Shown here: positions 39,189-52,927 of the stretch, piece by piece | Numbering within the stretch: the first letter of the stretch is position 1 | How the letters are laid out: each line of letters begins with the position of its first letter | Notes under the pieces: model-generated | Told to the model about the DNA's origin: nothing | The model's database searches: none | The model's input: only the letters and a program-made list of their open reading frames with translations | Made by a program: the position numbers and the translations under genes | Origin: Octopus sinensis | Taxonomy: Eukaryota | Direction: 5' to 3' | NCBI RefSeq assembly: GCF_006345805.1 | Contig: NC_043007.1 | Span: 33,666,001 to 33,730,000, forward strand | DNA length: 64,000 nucleotides

Positions 39189-39728
39189 TCTCACAGATAT
39201 ACACACGCTCTCTTAAATCTAAATTCTCTTTGCAATATAAAACAGTCCATTCTAGAGAACAAAATCTGACATATGGTATTCAGGACCAAACTAGACATAG
39301 AGTCTTTGATGTAGGTGTAGGAGGATGTGTGTATGTATGTGTGTGTGTGTGTGTAGGGGTGTACTATGTGTGTGTATGAGTGTTGATGGGTGGGTTTTGG
39401 GTGTACCTATGTGTGTGTGTGTGTGTTAATATGTAGAAGAAATAGAAAGAGAAAGTGGATCTTGAATGTGTGCATGCATGTCTGTCTGAATGTGCGTGTG
39501 ACTTTGTGTGAATGTATGTGTGTGTGCGTGTGTGTGTGTCCATGTGTGCATATATATGCACGTATGTGTTAGTATGTAGGAGAAACTGAACATTTGCCTC
39601 TGTGTCTGTCTGAATGTGTGTGTGTGTGATGTGTGTATGTTTGTGTGTATGAATGGAAGAGTTAAAGTGTATTAGAGAAAAAGAGAGAGAATCATTTAAT
39701 GTGTGTATATGTGTGTATAAGGTATATA

Positions 39729-39759
<31 letters not shown>

Positions 39760-40609
39760 CGTGAATATATATTTGAAAGGGTAAGCATCTGAGAGTGTGT
39801 ACTTGTGAGAGTGACAGAATGACTACATATGCATATATGTATGTAAGCATCTATGAGTGAACGTATATGCGTATGTTTGTGTGTAGTAACAGTCCATATG
39901 TTCTTTTGAGAATGTGTGCATGTTGTGAGACAGTAGGAATGTACGAGTGTATATATTTTGTATATGTGCATCTGTGCCTGTAAAGATGTGTATGCATGTG
40001 TGTGTGTGTATATGTGAAGTTTTGTGTTGTCTGTTATGTATGTGAGTGAGTGTGTGTGTGTGTTTTAGAAAGTGGTTTGATTGAGGTTTTACTATGCTTG
40101 TGAAGAATGAATGAAAGAGGTTTTTTTATGATACAAAAACAGATATTAAAAGGCACAGAAACAGAGAAAGACAGAGAAAGAGAGAGCAATGGAAAGAGGA
40201 AGGGAGAGAGAAATATATACATTGTGTATGTGCAAATACATACATATTAAATTCAACTTATGTCGAAAGTCAAGAAACAAAGTTTGCTTTAAAAGTGTTG
40301 ACGTGTATTGAAAGATACGGATAAGGAAATAATTTTATTCTCGAACGCAGGAGAATGCTAATGATATACCATGACCAGTATAAACTATCCATATTTTGCA
40401 GAAAAATCTATCGGCAGCCATGGGACTTGAACTCGCATCCCTGTGATTACACGTCAAGAGCTTTATCAGTAAGCTAAACTGCCTAGCAACAAATTCTTGT
40501 GCAATTTCAGGATATATAAATCTAGATTAATAAGATGCTATTGTATGTTAAATTCAACTTGTGTTGAAAGTCAACTAGCAAAGTTTGCTTTAGAAGCATT
40601 GAGATGTAT

Positions 40610-40662
<53 letters not shown>

Positions 40663-41116
40663 CTTTGGCATTAGGAAGGGCATCAAGCTATAGAAACCAT
40701 GTCAGATCAGACTGGAGTCTGCTGCCGCCTCTCAGCTTGCCAGCCCTGGTCAAACTGTCCAACCCATGGCAGCAAGGAGAACAGACGTTAAATGATGATG
40801 ATAATGATGATGACAACAATACACATAGACACACACACACGTACATACACAGACTTATACATTTATACAGGCTGGACCAAAAAGTCGCGGAGGCATTTCT
40901 ATATTTAATAAGTTTTATTAAATTTAATAAGTTTTTAATATTTTCTTTTAAATTTACAATTCCTTAGTATCCTATATATATATATATATATATATATGCA
41001 TAGGAAAAAGCTGTAAGCTAGGTGTGAAAAAATCACATCTAAACTGCAAAGAAAGTAATAAAAAAAATTATTAGAATTTCAAAACTTTTCATTACTTTTG
41101 GCCCACCTCGTATTCC

Positions 41117-41543
41117 TTTATTCTTTTATTCTTTTACTTGTTTCAGTCATTTGGCTGTGGCCATGCTGGAGCACCACCTTTATTTGAACAAATCGACCCC
41201 AGGACTTATTCTTTGCAAGCCTAGCACTTATTGTATTGGTCTTCTTTTGCTAACAAGTGACGGGTACGTAAACACACCAACATCAGTAGTCAAGTGATGG
41301 TGGTGGGGACAAATGCAGACACAAATAACAAACACACATACATAATATATACATTTATATATATCTATATATATTATATATATATATATATATATAATAA
41401 TATATAATATATTTTATATATATATATGACAGGCTTCTTTCAGTTTCCCTCTACCAAATCCACTCACAGGCTTTGGTCAACCCAAGGCTATAGTAAAAGA
41501 CACTTGCCCAAGGTGCCATGCAGTGAGACTGAACCCGGAACCA
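41117..41543 (-). mobile_element. SINE family A, 5'-truncated
   Basis: Reverse-complement modules with central (TA)n. Confidence 0.88.
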
Positions 41544-41645
41544 TAGAGAGAAAGAGATACATAGAGAGAGAGAGGAGAGAGACATAGAGAGTAAAATGAT
41601 AGATAGATAGATAGACATATGGTCAGACAGGCAGGCAGACATATA

Positions 41646-41692
<47 letters not shown>

Positions 41693-42404
41693 GTATATAT
41701 ATTGTTTATATATATATGTATATATATGCATATGTGTGTGCGTATACATAATACACTCACATGTGGCACACACATATATAGATATATATGTGTGTGTATA
41801 TGAGCGTGCGTGTATGTGGATGTGTGTGTGTATGTGTATGTGTTATTGTAGACATATATCTAATCATATACAGGATCATACTCCACCCTCTTAAACAGTT
41901 ACCAATATTCAATAGTCAGTATTGAAATTACAAGTAAAAGAAACAAAAATATATGAAAAATCTTTCTAAATAAAAATAACAAATCCATTAGTAATCTAGG
42001 TTAAGTCTGTATCAGCACGGTAATTAATATCCAGGTAATTAATATTCAAGCAATTAGTATCCAATTAGAGCAGGAGCAAAACAGGTCAAAAACGCACTCA
42101 AAAACTAAAGAACACAATAATGTAGAACAACAAACATAAGTGAAAAGTCAATATGCGTTTGCTGTGGAGGAAAGGAAAGGTAGAGCAATCAATGTTTCGG
42201 ACAACTGCTCTTTGTCAAGAGAGAAAATAAAGAAGGGAAAGATTTTAAAACGGAGGAAGAAAATATGATATTAGGTTAGAGATATGACATACTGGAATAG
42301 TAAACAAGAAGTGAGTAGGGTCAAGAAGTTGCATTTCAGCAGAGAAGAGTAAGGGTACATTTGGGGGAAACTGCATAGGAAGCATGGCAGAATACTGTGA
42401 AATG

Positions 42405-42634
42405 AAAGCGAGCTGGCACAATTGTTAGCACGCCGGCGAAATGCTCAGCGGTATTTCGTCTGTCTTTACATTCTAGGTTCACATTTCGCCGAGGTTGACT
42501 TTGCTTTTCATCCTTTCGGAGTCAATTAAATAAGTACCAGTTACGCACTGGGGTCGATATAATCGACTTAATCCCTTTGTCTGTCCTTGTTTGTTCCCTC
42601 TGTGTGTAGCCCCTTGTGGGCAGTAAAGAAATAA
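42405..42634 (+). mobile_element. SINE family B (B1 tail ending aaagaaata)
   Basis: Aligns with 63448-63682. Confidence 0.92.
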
Positions 42635-42664
42635 AGTATGAGCAAATTGTAAGATCAAGATAGG

Positions 42665-42705
<41 letters not shown>

Positions 42706-43472
42706 GGAGAGGGAGAGAGAGAGTGTGTGCATTCATTAAATATGTAGTGTTATGAGTGAGGTAAAATGTGTGAGTGAGTTGTTACAGTTTGTGTGTGTAT
42801 GTGTGTGTATGTGTGTGTGTGTGCATGCATATTTGCTTATGTTTATATGGTGCCAAACCATTAAACATATAAAAGATGTTGCAAAGGTGGAAAAGAAGTG
42901 AAGTGAGCATGCTTTTCTGGGTATGTAATATTTGTATGCATCTATAACAGAGCAGAAAGGAGCTATACAGTTTCTTGTAAAGACAGATTGGGTATAAGAG
43001 AAATCCAAGTGTAACATGCTAGAGAGAAAATTGAGCTAGTATGAACAGGTAATGAGCTAGTATGAACATGTAGGTGAGAGTCAAGTAAAGATGTTCCATG
43101 TGACACAAGTGGAGCGAATTTGAGAGGGAAGAAAAAGACACAAGAAAATATGTGAAGAAGTGATGAAGATAGTTAATCTTGGATGGGTGGGGCTGAACCT
43201 CACCCAAAACAGAAAATTTGATGAATGGCTGGGAAAAAATGGTGTGACACATACTGAAGATATCCATTTTAATCTAAGAGACAACATGCAAAATGATGGT
43301 GGCTGGTGTTGGTGGGGAGGTGGGTGGTAGTTTTGGTGGTAGTGGTGGAGGTGGTGGTGGTTGTGGTGCTAGTGTTGGTGCTTGTGCTGGTGGTGATGGT
43401 GGTGGTGGTTGATGATAATGATGATAAAGACATCTTAAACGACAATGGTGATGCTAATAAGAAAAAAATATC

Positions 43473-43862
43473 TATTTCTTTACTGCCTACGGGGGGGGGG
43501 CGTAAACATAGAGGGACAAACAAGGACAGACACAGGGATTAAGTCAGTTACATCGACCCCAGTGCATAACTGGTACTTATTTTAATTGACTCCAAAAAGA
43601 TGAAAGGCAAAGTCACCCTTGGAGGAAGTTGAGCTCAGAACGTAATCTTTTCTACTCTAGGCACAAGGCCTGAAATTTTGGGGAGGTGGGGCTAGCCGAT
43701 TAGATCGAACCCAGTACAGCAACTGGTATTTAATTTATTGACCCCGAAAATATGAAAGGCAAAGTCGACCTCAGCGGAATTTGAACGCAGAACATAATGG
43801 CAGATGAAATACTGCTAAGCATTTCACCTGGTGTCCTAATGACTCTGCCAGCTCGCTGCCCT
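43473..43862 (-). mobile_element. Two adjacent SINE B copies (B1-tail and B2-tail types)
   Basis: B1 3' part at 43473-43625; B2 copy at 43626-43862. Confidence 0.85.
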
Positions 43863-43924
43863 AAAAATATTGACAAAATGATGATAACAATCGTGACGGA
43901 CTAACTCTCCCCCCCCACACACAC

Positions 43925-43975
43925 ATACATACATGTACCCCATCCCCAAATATATAAATATAAATATATATATAT

Positions 43976-44018
<43 letters not shown>

Positions 44019-44080
44019 ACATATATATACATACATACATACAGGTACCCCATCCCCAAATATATAAATATATATATATG

Positions 44081-44116
<36 letters not shown>

Positions 44117-44235
44117 TCAACATATATATATCATACATACATACAGGTACCCCATCCCCAAATATATAAATATATATATATGTATATATATACATATATA
44201 TATATATATATTATCAACATATATATATTACATAC

Positions 44236-44240
<5 letters not shown>
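43925..44240. repeat. Three-copy ~100-110-bp tandem repeat built from microsatellite plus the core gtaccccatccccaaatatataaat
   Basis: Core starts at 43935, 44045 and 44147. Confidence 0.9.
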
Positions 44241-44291
<51 letters not shown>

Positions 44292-44412
44292 CATATATAT
44301 ATACACACACACATATATATATAGTGTAAGAATATTTAGACATGGAGAAAGAAGGGTTTCTTAAAATAGGTAGAGAGATAGCAAGAGTAGAATAGAGATA
44401 GTGTGGAGAGGT

Positions 44413-44480
<68 letters not shown>

Positions 44481-45159
44481 AGAAAAGTAGAAAGAAGTGG
44501 GTTAGAGTAGATAAGAAAGAAAAAGCAGCCGGACCAAAATAGGGGCAAACACAGGTGTGAAATGACCTATAAAGAGCCAGATATGTTGAAAAAAAAAAAG
44601 TCCTAGATATAGGTACCCCCTTATCTGCTTGCCTCTCTCTCTCTGTTTACTGGCACATTTTTCTAAGCATACACAATCAACAAGATCTATATCTTTCTTA
44701 TTCTAATTCTTTCATTGTTTCTCTTTCACTTTTCTTGTCAGTTTCACATATTTTGTTTTTTTTCATTCATGTTTAGCTTTCCTTGTCTTTCTTTGTATCT
44801 CTTAATCTTTGTTTCTGTCCCACCCTCCACCCCCACCCACTTTGTTTTGTTAGTCCTTTTCTCTTCTTTTTTTTTTTCTTCTGTTCTAATCCTTCTTTTT
44901 GTTATTTTAATTCCCTTTGATATTAACATTCTTTCTGTCTTTGTTTCTTCTTAAGACTTCTTTTGCTTTGTTTTTTTGTTTCTTTATTCCTTCCCTTCAT
45001 TCATTGGTTAATTCATTCATTCATTCATTGTTTCATTCATTCATTCATTCATTCAGTCTTTCTTTTTCTTTCACTTATCAAAAATGGAAAAAAAATTCTT
45101 TCCAGATTTAAGATCAGCTATCAATATTTTCCTTCACTGATTTCTCAACAGCTTCAATG

Positions 45160-45245
45160 TCATCAACCACCATCCTCCTCCTCCCCCTCCTCCTCCTCAC
45201 CACCACCACCACCACACCACCACCACCACCACCACCACCACTACC

Positions 45246-45327
<82 letters not shown>

Positions 45328-45790
45328 CCATTATAACTATCAAACATCATCAAGACCTATATTACCATTAACATCATTAGCATCTCATCATCATTATGAT
45401 CATGATCTCTGCCATCATGGGCACAATCTCAACCATAACCACCATGGACCCTACCACTAACACCACTATTGCACTGCTTCGGCTAAAGCCATTGCCATCG
45501 CCACCAAAACCACCACTGCCACGATCACCACTACTACCACCATCACCAAAGCCAACACTACTGTCACAATCACCATCATCGCTACCACCACCACCAGCAG
45601 TACCACCACCACCACCATTACCACCACCACCACCATCACCACCATCACTATCACTACAGCCACATTCTACTTAATGAAGGAACAATTACTTTGAGAATAT
45701 GCAATGACACATCTGTTGTCATTGCCGTTGTCATCATCATCATCATCATCATCATTATCATCGTCATCATCATCAACATCATCATCATTA
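45160..45790. repeat. Compound (CAC)/(CAT) low-complexity array
   Basis: Direct inspection. Confidence 0.92.
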
Positions 45791-46406
45791 TCACAAGTAC
45801 AATTTTCATCACCATATCATTTTCGACACAGGAATCAGAAGTTAGACAGATCATTTTCATAGTAATTCAGTATGCTAGAAATATCAGTGAAATCACATGC
45901 TATTATTTTATTAAAGTATGAAAAAAATATGTCAGACAATTACAACAACAACAAAATAATAACCAATAACATAAGATGGAGGAGAGCTTGGACAATTGTT
46001 TTACTGACACTTCCCTACCTTCAGAAGAACAATAGACAAATAAGAGATAAAAGATAAAAGATCTCATTAGCCGTATTAGTGAAGGCACAAGGCTTAGATT
46101 GTATAATCATGGTTTTGATTCCTGGACTGAGTGGCATATTATGCTCTTGAGCAAAGCCTCTCATTTTCCATTGCTCTGGTTTGTTTGGCTCTAAATGAGT
46201 AATCCAGCAATGGACTGGCATTCCATTCAAGAGGAATCTTGTGGTTTTGATCCCTTATTCATCATGAAAACAATGTAACTATCTCAGTAAATATTGGAAC
46301 TCATGACTGTGATGTCCAAAGTGTTACTTTTTATTTTCTACCTGTTAATCCTGTTGTACATTCTGACTGGTACCTTGTATTATTGACCCTAGGAAGATGA
46401 CAAGTA

Positions 46407-46623
46407 TGAGGAGGTACTGAGATGTTCTTGGCTTTGGGTAAAAGAAAATACAGGAGGATCAGTTAATTATGATTTTATTTGACATATTCCCCCTCTCAGA
46501 TTCACACACTTATTGCAGTGGTCCTTCAGTTTTTCTAACCCCTGTAAAAGAACTCAGAAGGTTGGGCCTCCAACCAGGCCCTTTGTGATACCCTTAAAGC
46601 CAGGAACTTTTCAGTATCCCCTC
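46407..46623. mobile_element. Mariner-type MITE, uninterrupted
   Basis: TA, then gaggaggtactgagatgttcttggcttt ... aaagccaggaacttttcagtatcccctc TIRs. Confidence 0.8.
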
Positions 46624-46879
46624 CCCATATGGGACGCCCTATGCTGCCAAGATTTTGAAAGACATATGGGATATTATAGTTAAAGATTAAATAAGGTCTT
46701 TTGATATGACTACTCAATCAGGACAGTTCTGTGGTTAAACAACAAAAACAATTTAGTTCTATCTATTCTATATCTGAAAACAAGTTAACACCCTTATGAT
46801 TTTGATTAAAGACCTCCAATGGGTATGCGGGTATTTTGAAAATACCTCACAGAGTGACAAACATACTGTGCATAGGTAC

Positions 46880-47062
46880 AGGCTACCCCTTGGCAAGGCA
46901 TATCACCTGTTCAGCCGCTGGAATAAGGAGTGGTTGGAGATCATGCAGTCGTTAGCCTCAAATTGCCAGGTCTGGTTGGCGTTTGTGAGAGATGCAGCAT
47001 TGAGGATGAATGAAGCCAGTGCAACCCACCCCGGGTAAATGCTGTCTCAAGAAGAAGAAGAA
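46880..47062 (+). mobile_element. Probable RTE-like LINE 3' end with (GAA)n tail
   Basis: WNKEWLEIMQSLASNCQVWLAFVRDA..* resembles the RTE terminal W...LA.DR..WR..V motif; followed by caagaagaagaag. Confidence 0.5.
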
Positions 47063-47946
47063 AAGCCATCCATCCTGCCAGGGATATGGTGAAGTCATGT
47101 TGCGTGGCAGATTGGGAAGAGATAGTGGAAGAGCTCAACTGAGCCAACAGTGCTTCTTACACTGATGTTGAGCAGAAGTCTCCTAAAAAAGAACAATGGT
47201 CAGGATCGCTAAGTTCTATCAATAGAGTAACCACAATGCATCCGTAGGGATGGCATCCATGGTTATGTAATCATCTAATGAAAGGTTCACGATGACCCAA
47301 GCTCCCTATTCAAATTCATAATAAAATAATAATAAAAAAAAAATCCTGTATCAGGGCTTAGATAACATGAAACTCTGACAGCAAGAGGATTTGAAATCAG
47401 AACATAAAGAGCTGTATCCAGACATCCCAAAGTATTTTCTTTAACACTCTAGCACCTCTGTCAATGTACTTCTCTCTAATCTACAAGAACTATTAATAAT
47501 ACATAAAAGTCGATTTAATCAACTGCACATCATGCTTGGCAGAACCTGGCATTTTGCCTAATTAAAAGAATAACGATTTCTTGCCCTGGCATGAGGCCAC
47601 ACATCTGTTATGGAAGGAAAAGGTGTGTAGTAGGTGAGTACATCTATCCGCTATTACACGCTTGGTACATATTTTTTATCAAAGAAATATAATAAAAAAA
47701 TACGATAATATAAATAATGAAAAGAAGAAATGAAAATTAGAGCCAAGACGATTTAGAAATGTGCTGTGTCAGCAATATAAAATCAGCTACTGAAATTCAA
47801 GAAAGAAATGCTTTTATATTGCAGAAAATTAACTAATTATTAAGTAGTTTTTCCAGCAATTCTCACCTATCATTAGTAGGGAGTTGCTATTTTCCATAGA
47901 GGAGATACATGTGGGTTAGCCATGTATCTCGTCTGTGGTAAATACC

Positions 47947-48179
47947 TATTTCTTTATTACCCACAAGGGGCTAAACACAGAGGGGACAAACAAGGACAGA
48001 CATAGGTATTAAGTCGATTACATCGACCCCAGTGCGTAACTGGTACTTAATTTATCGACCTCGAAAGGATGAAAGGCAAAGTCGACCTCGGCGGAATTCG
48101 AACTGAGAACGTAACAGCAGACGAAATACGGCTAGGCATTTCGCCCGGCGTGCTAACGTTTCTGCCAGCTCGCCGCCAC
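47947..48179 (-). mobile_element. SINE family B1, full length, young, 15-bp TSD
   Basis: tctgtggtaaatacc at 47932-47946 and 48180-48194. Confidence 0.95.
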
Positions 48180-48529
48180 TCTGTGGTAAATACCTGACCA
48201 TGTTCCCCTATCATATATTTACCTCTCAACACCTCTGCATAAAGCCACCACCACCACCCTCCCTCTTTCTCTAATGTACCTCACTACACTCAGTTGAAGG
48301 CAAGAGACATTTTCCTTTCCTTTTCTTGTCTGTGGTGACTTCTCCCGAGCCAGTAACACGAAGGAAGCACCCAGGGCAAATTGTAGAGCGGTTGGGCCTT
48401 AGGAAGGACATCCAGTCAAGGAAACCAGGCCAAAGTTGACATTAGAGTTCGACATTGGGGTGCTGCAGGTTGTCGGATCTTGTTAAACCATCCAACTCAT
48501 GCCAGCATGGAAGACAAAAGTAGTATAAT

Positions 48530-49060
48530 GCCGACGATGATGACGACGATGACTGTGAGGATGATGACGACAAGGACAACGACGACGATGACGATGATGA
48601 TGATGACGGTAATGATGAATACGATGGTGATGACGATGTTGATGATGATGATGATGATGTTGATGACGATGACGATGGCGATTATGACAATAACAATAAT
48701 GATGACTATAATGACAACGATGGTGAGAATGACGATGACGACAACAGCGACGACGACGACGACGACGACGATGATGATGATGATGATGATGATGATGGTA
48801 ATGATGATGACGATGGTGATGACGATGTTGATGATGATGATGATGACGACAACGCTGATTATGACAATAACAATGATGATGATGATGATGGTAATGATGA
48901 TGACGATGGTGATGACGATGTTGATGATGTTGATGATGACGACGACGCTGATTATGACAATAACAATGATGATGATGACTACATTGACAACAATGGTGAG
49001 GATGACGACGACGACGACGACGACCATGATGATGATGGTGGTGATGATGATGGTGACACA
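48530..49060. repeat. (GAT/GAC)n array with a higher-order cassette repeated three times
   Basis: Cassette ggtaatgatga..gatggtgatgacgatgttgat..gattatgacaataacaat starts at about 48608, 48797 and 48890. Confidence 0.9.
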
Positions 49061-50865
49061 CATACATACACGCACACATGCAGTCAGAGGAAATAAAGGT
49101 TGATGAATGCAATTTTTCATTAAGAAAACAAGTCTTTCGATGTACGTCGGGTAAATGTAGTTTAAGTTATTCAACAATATTGGCTACAACTACGTTTCAA
49201 AAAAATGCTGGAAGTCCTGAACTGAACGTTGTTCATCAGAACCGGTATTTTCGTTGCTGACCAGACAACAGTGACAGTCTACCACCACCACCACCACCAC
49301 TACCAGAACTGCAATCACCTACTAACCGTTTTAGCATACCTACTACCTGTAACACCACCAATGGTATTCTCTTGAGCCACCATCAGATCACTACCAACAC
49401 TTGCTATCGTCGTCATCATCATCATCATTGGCTTATCTTTGACACTATTATCTCTTAACAGATTAAGTCCCAATTGTCACCGCAACCATCTCTCTCACCA
49501 CGACCACCACCACGACCTCCACGACCACCTCCATCATTACCATAACCACCACTGCCGCCATCACTACTGCGACCGTCGTCACAACCACCATCGCCAACAC
49601 TACCGCCTAGCAATGCTAGGGAGACAAACACAGACGCACAAACATGCACACACACACACACACATATATATATACACACATATATACGACGGGCTTCTTT
49701 TAGTTTCCGTCTACCAAATCCACTCACAAGGTTTTGGTCGGCCCGAGGCTACAGTAGAAGACACTTGCCCAAGGTGCTACGCAGTGGGACTGAACCCAGA
49801 ACCATGTGGTTCGCAAGCAAGCTACTTACCACACAGCCACTCCTTATCAAAGACCTCTTTTGCTTCTTCTAGTGGGGGTAAACTCCTACGAAATGGAAAT
49901 CCTACGTCAATTGCCAACCCTCTTCTCTATTCTTGCCTGGGTATGAGTAACAACCATTTGATGTGGTCCTCGGCAAACGTTTAGAAATCAACATTTTGGA
50001 TGAGGCTAGAGTAGTACTAGAGTAGTATTTTATGGGAGAACTATCACCTTCACAAATACTATAACACAGGGGCCACCACCACCATCATCATCGTCACCAT
50101 CATTGTCATCTTTATCGTCATATCACCGAGCTAACGAAAGAGCCTCTATATGGTCGCTCGATCCGACTCGCTGAAAATAGGAGTCAAATCTTACCTAATC
50201 ACACCCAATCGTTTAAAATATAAGACTTGTAGGATAATGTGGTTACAAGTTCAACGAATATTGGGGATGGTCGTAGCTGGAATGTCTTTGATTATATATT
50301 TGCTCGAGCAGGGCACACTGGATCAAGTGGCAATATCGATATCATTCACATGACCGTACTGTCACCACCACCACAATTACTATAAGAAACATGATCCCAT
50401 GATCTTTATTACTATCACCCAAGGAAGCCGCGTGTCAGTTCAGCGGCCACATAGTGGCTAGAAACAGCAACTAATTCTTCATCTCCACGGTCTTAAAAGA
50501 AAGAACAGTGTATAGTGTTGTCCTTGACGCATACTGCCAGTAAAAAACGAAAAAAGAAAAAAATGACGTGATGATCACGGTTGGAATGTCTTTGCCGATC
50601 AAAACTGACCAATGACAGATGCAGTTTCTGCGTTGCTATTCAAATTTGCTGGAAATAGCTGCTAAATCTACCACAAAATCACGCTTTTGTCTTGTTAAAT
50701 GGAAGAATGAAAACAAAAGCGCTGGTATATAGTAGTATTAGACAGAAACCGAACAAGACAGGTTGGTCATGGTTGGAATGCCTTTAATTGTATGTTTGCT
50801 GTGACAGTGTCTGGTGCGAATCAACAACAAGAGACAAATAATTTTGATTAATAAGATAGGCAACG

Positions 50866-51087
50866 AAGGCAGAGAACTGGTAGAATCGTTAACACGCGGG
50901 GCAAAATGCTTAGCAGCATTTCGTCCGTCCTCGCATTCCGAGTTCAAATTCCGCCGAGGTCGACTTCTTTTTTTTTTATGTTTTCGGGGACGATAAAATT
51001 ATTATCAGTTGAGCACTGAGGTAGGTGTAATCGTCTTACCCCCCTACCCCGATATTGCTGGCCTTGTGCCAAAACTTGAAACCAATA
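50866..51087 (+). mobile_element. SINE family B2, diverged but CpG-retaining
   Basis: Non-CpG substitutions are present while ccgccgaggtcgac is retained. Confidence 0.88.
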
Positions 51088-51636
51088 AGATAGGCAACAG
51101 GCTGCATATATTGTGGCTAAGATTTATAATCGAATCCGTAAATCCAATGATGTAACTTCTTTGAACGTAACGTTGTATTATTTAAACCCTATCCCAGGAA
51201 CCCATACCCCAAAGTAATAAAAAAACAAAATCGACTTAGGTGGGATTCGAACTCAGAACGTTAACAAAAGTAACTAAAATACCGCAGTGAACTAGTTGTT
51301 GGCCAGTTATACACAATGACGCTATGGTTCGCTAATGCCTGACATTACACACACACACATACACACATACACATATACACATGCATACACACATACACAC
51401 ATACACACACACTCACATACACATACACACACATGCACGCATACATATACATAAACATATATGAACGCACACATTTACATAAGTAGAAATCTAATACACA
51501 CACACGCACATTTATGTGCACACACATATACACACACAAACGTAGATTCAATACACATATTTACATAAGTATATTTGTAACACGAACATACACACATGCA
51601 CGTAAGCCTGTCTGTCTGTCTGTCTGTCTCTCTCTC

Positions 51637-51800
51637 TTACGTTCTGAGTTCAAATTCCGCCGAGGTCGACTTCGCCTTTCATCCTTTCGGGGTCGATAAA
51701 TTAAGTACCAGTTACGCACTGGGGTCGATGTAATCGACTTAATCCGTTTGTCTGTCCTTGTTTGTCCTCTCTGTGTTTAGCCCCTTGTGGGTAGTAAAGA

Positions 51801-51803
<3 letters not shown>
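51637..51803 (+). mobile_element. SINE family B1, 5'-truncated, young
   Basis: Near-identical to 63505-63682. Confidence 0.92.
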
Positions 51804-51842
<39 letters not shown>

Positions 51843-51871
51843 CATATATATATATATATATACATATATGC

Positions 51872-51917
<46 letters not shown>

Positions 51918-52373
51918 GCGTGCACGCACGTACATATAGAACGGTGAACATTTGTGCTTACAATACAAACAATGAACTAAGTACTCAATACATGAGTTAA
52001 TGTCTGTGTATGATATTACAAGCTGCAGCCCTCAAGAATCGTCACCCTCAAGGTACATGTTGCCTATTATTCAAACGATTTCAGCAACATAAAACCCAAT
52101 CCAATAATAAAAATAAACATTTTTTTCTATGATAGGTACAAGGCCCAGTGCTCTACAGATTTTTATATTATGGACCCTAAAAAAAAAAGGTGTAAAGCAA
52201 GGTTGACTTCGGTGGGATTTGAACTCAGAATGTAATTGTTAAGAGCCGGAAGAAGAGATGTCGCAAAACATTTTTCCCGACGCTCTAAAAATTATGCCGG
52301 TTTGTCCGTTATTTGTAACGAAGGCAATTTGGAGGACGGAGCTAGTCAATTTCATTGATCCTAGTATTCTTAA

Positions 52374-52679
52374 ATGGAGGCACATGGCCTTGTCGTTAGA
52401 GCAGCAGACTCGCGGTCGAGGGCTCGCGGGTTCGAATCTCAGACCGGGCGATGTGTGTGTTTTATGAGCGAAACACCTAATCTCCACGCGGCTCCGGCAG
52501 AAGGTAATGGCGAGCTTCTGCTGACTCTTTCGCCACAAGTTTCTCTCACTCCTTCCTCCTGCATCTTGCAGCTCTCCTGCGACGGACCGGCGTCCTGTCG
52601 CAGGTGGTGAACCTATACGCCAAGGAAACCTGGGAAACTGGCCCTTATGAGCCAGGCATGGCTCGAGAAAGAACAAGCA
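52374..52679 (+). mobile_element. SINE family C, full length, 11-bp TSD, nested in a B-family remnant
   Basis: TSD agtattcttaa at 52363-52373 and 52680-52690; tRNA-like head with ggttcgaatc B-box. Confidence 0.92.
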
Positions 52680-52927
52680 AGTATTCTTAAGGACCCGGTA
52701 ATTCATGTTTTCGATTCCGAAAGGATAGAAAGTAAAGCTGACCACGACGTGATTCGTGTTTTCTAAGTCAAAAACGTAAAAAAAAAAAAATAATAAAAGA
52801 GTCGGAAAAAATTATTCCCCAACGATTCTTGCACGTAATTATTTCTAATTAAGAACAAGGCCTGAAATTAATGGAGAGGGGCTTGCTGATTATTAAATCG
52901 ATAATATACAAATACATGAATAAATCG

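Noticed and set aside
40862-41111. Tc1-like MITE (tacaggctggaccaaaaagt ... acttttggcccacctcgta)
   Set aside because: The TIR match is imperfect and there is no second copy in the window; plausible but not supportable.
47550-47640. Exon ending at a GTGAGT donor
   Set aside because: Weak acceptor, unrecognisable peptide and no supporting neighbours.
48520-49100. Asp-rich (aspein-like) biomineralisation protein exon
   Set aside because: No in-frame ATG or convincing acceptor, and an upstream in-frame TAG. The codons are single-step neighbours of GAT, so lack of stops is expected, and the frame runs into a (CA)n repeat.
49185-49240. HHR on the minus strand (CTGATGA ... GAAACGTA)
   Set aside because: The core words are present but neither stem I nor stem II pairs.
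52376-52450. tRNA gene (also 11302-11364, 17352-17420 and 40417-40490 on the minus strand)
   Set aside because: A- and B-box-like motifs are present, but the acceptor stem is not convincing and the sequences continue into, or match, SINE bodies, so these are SINE heads.
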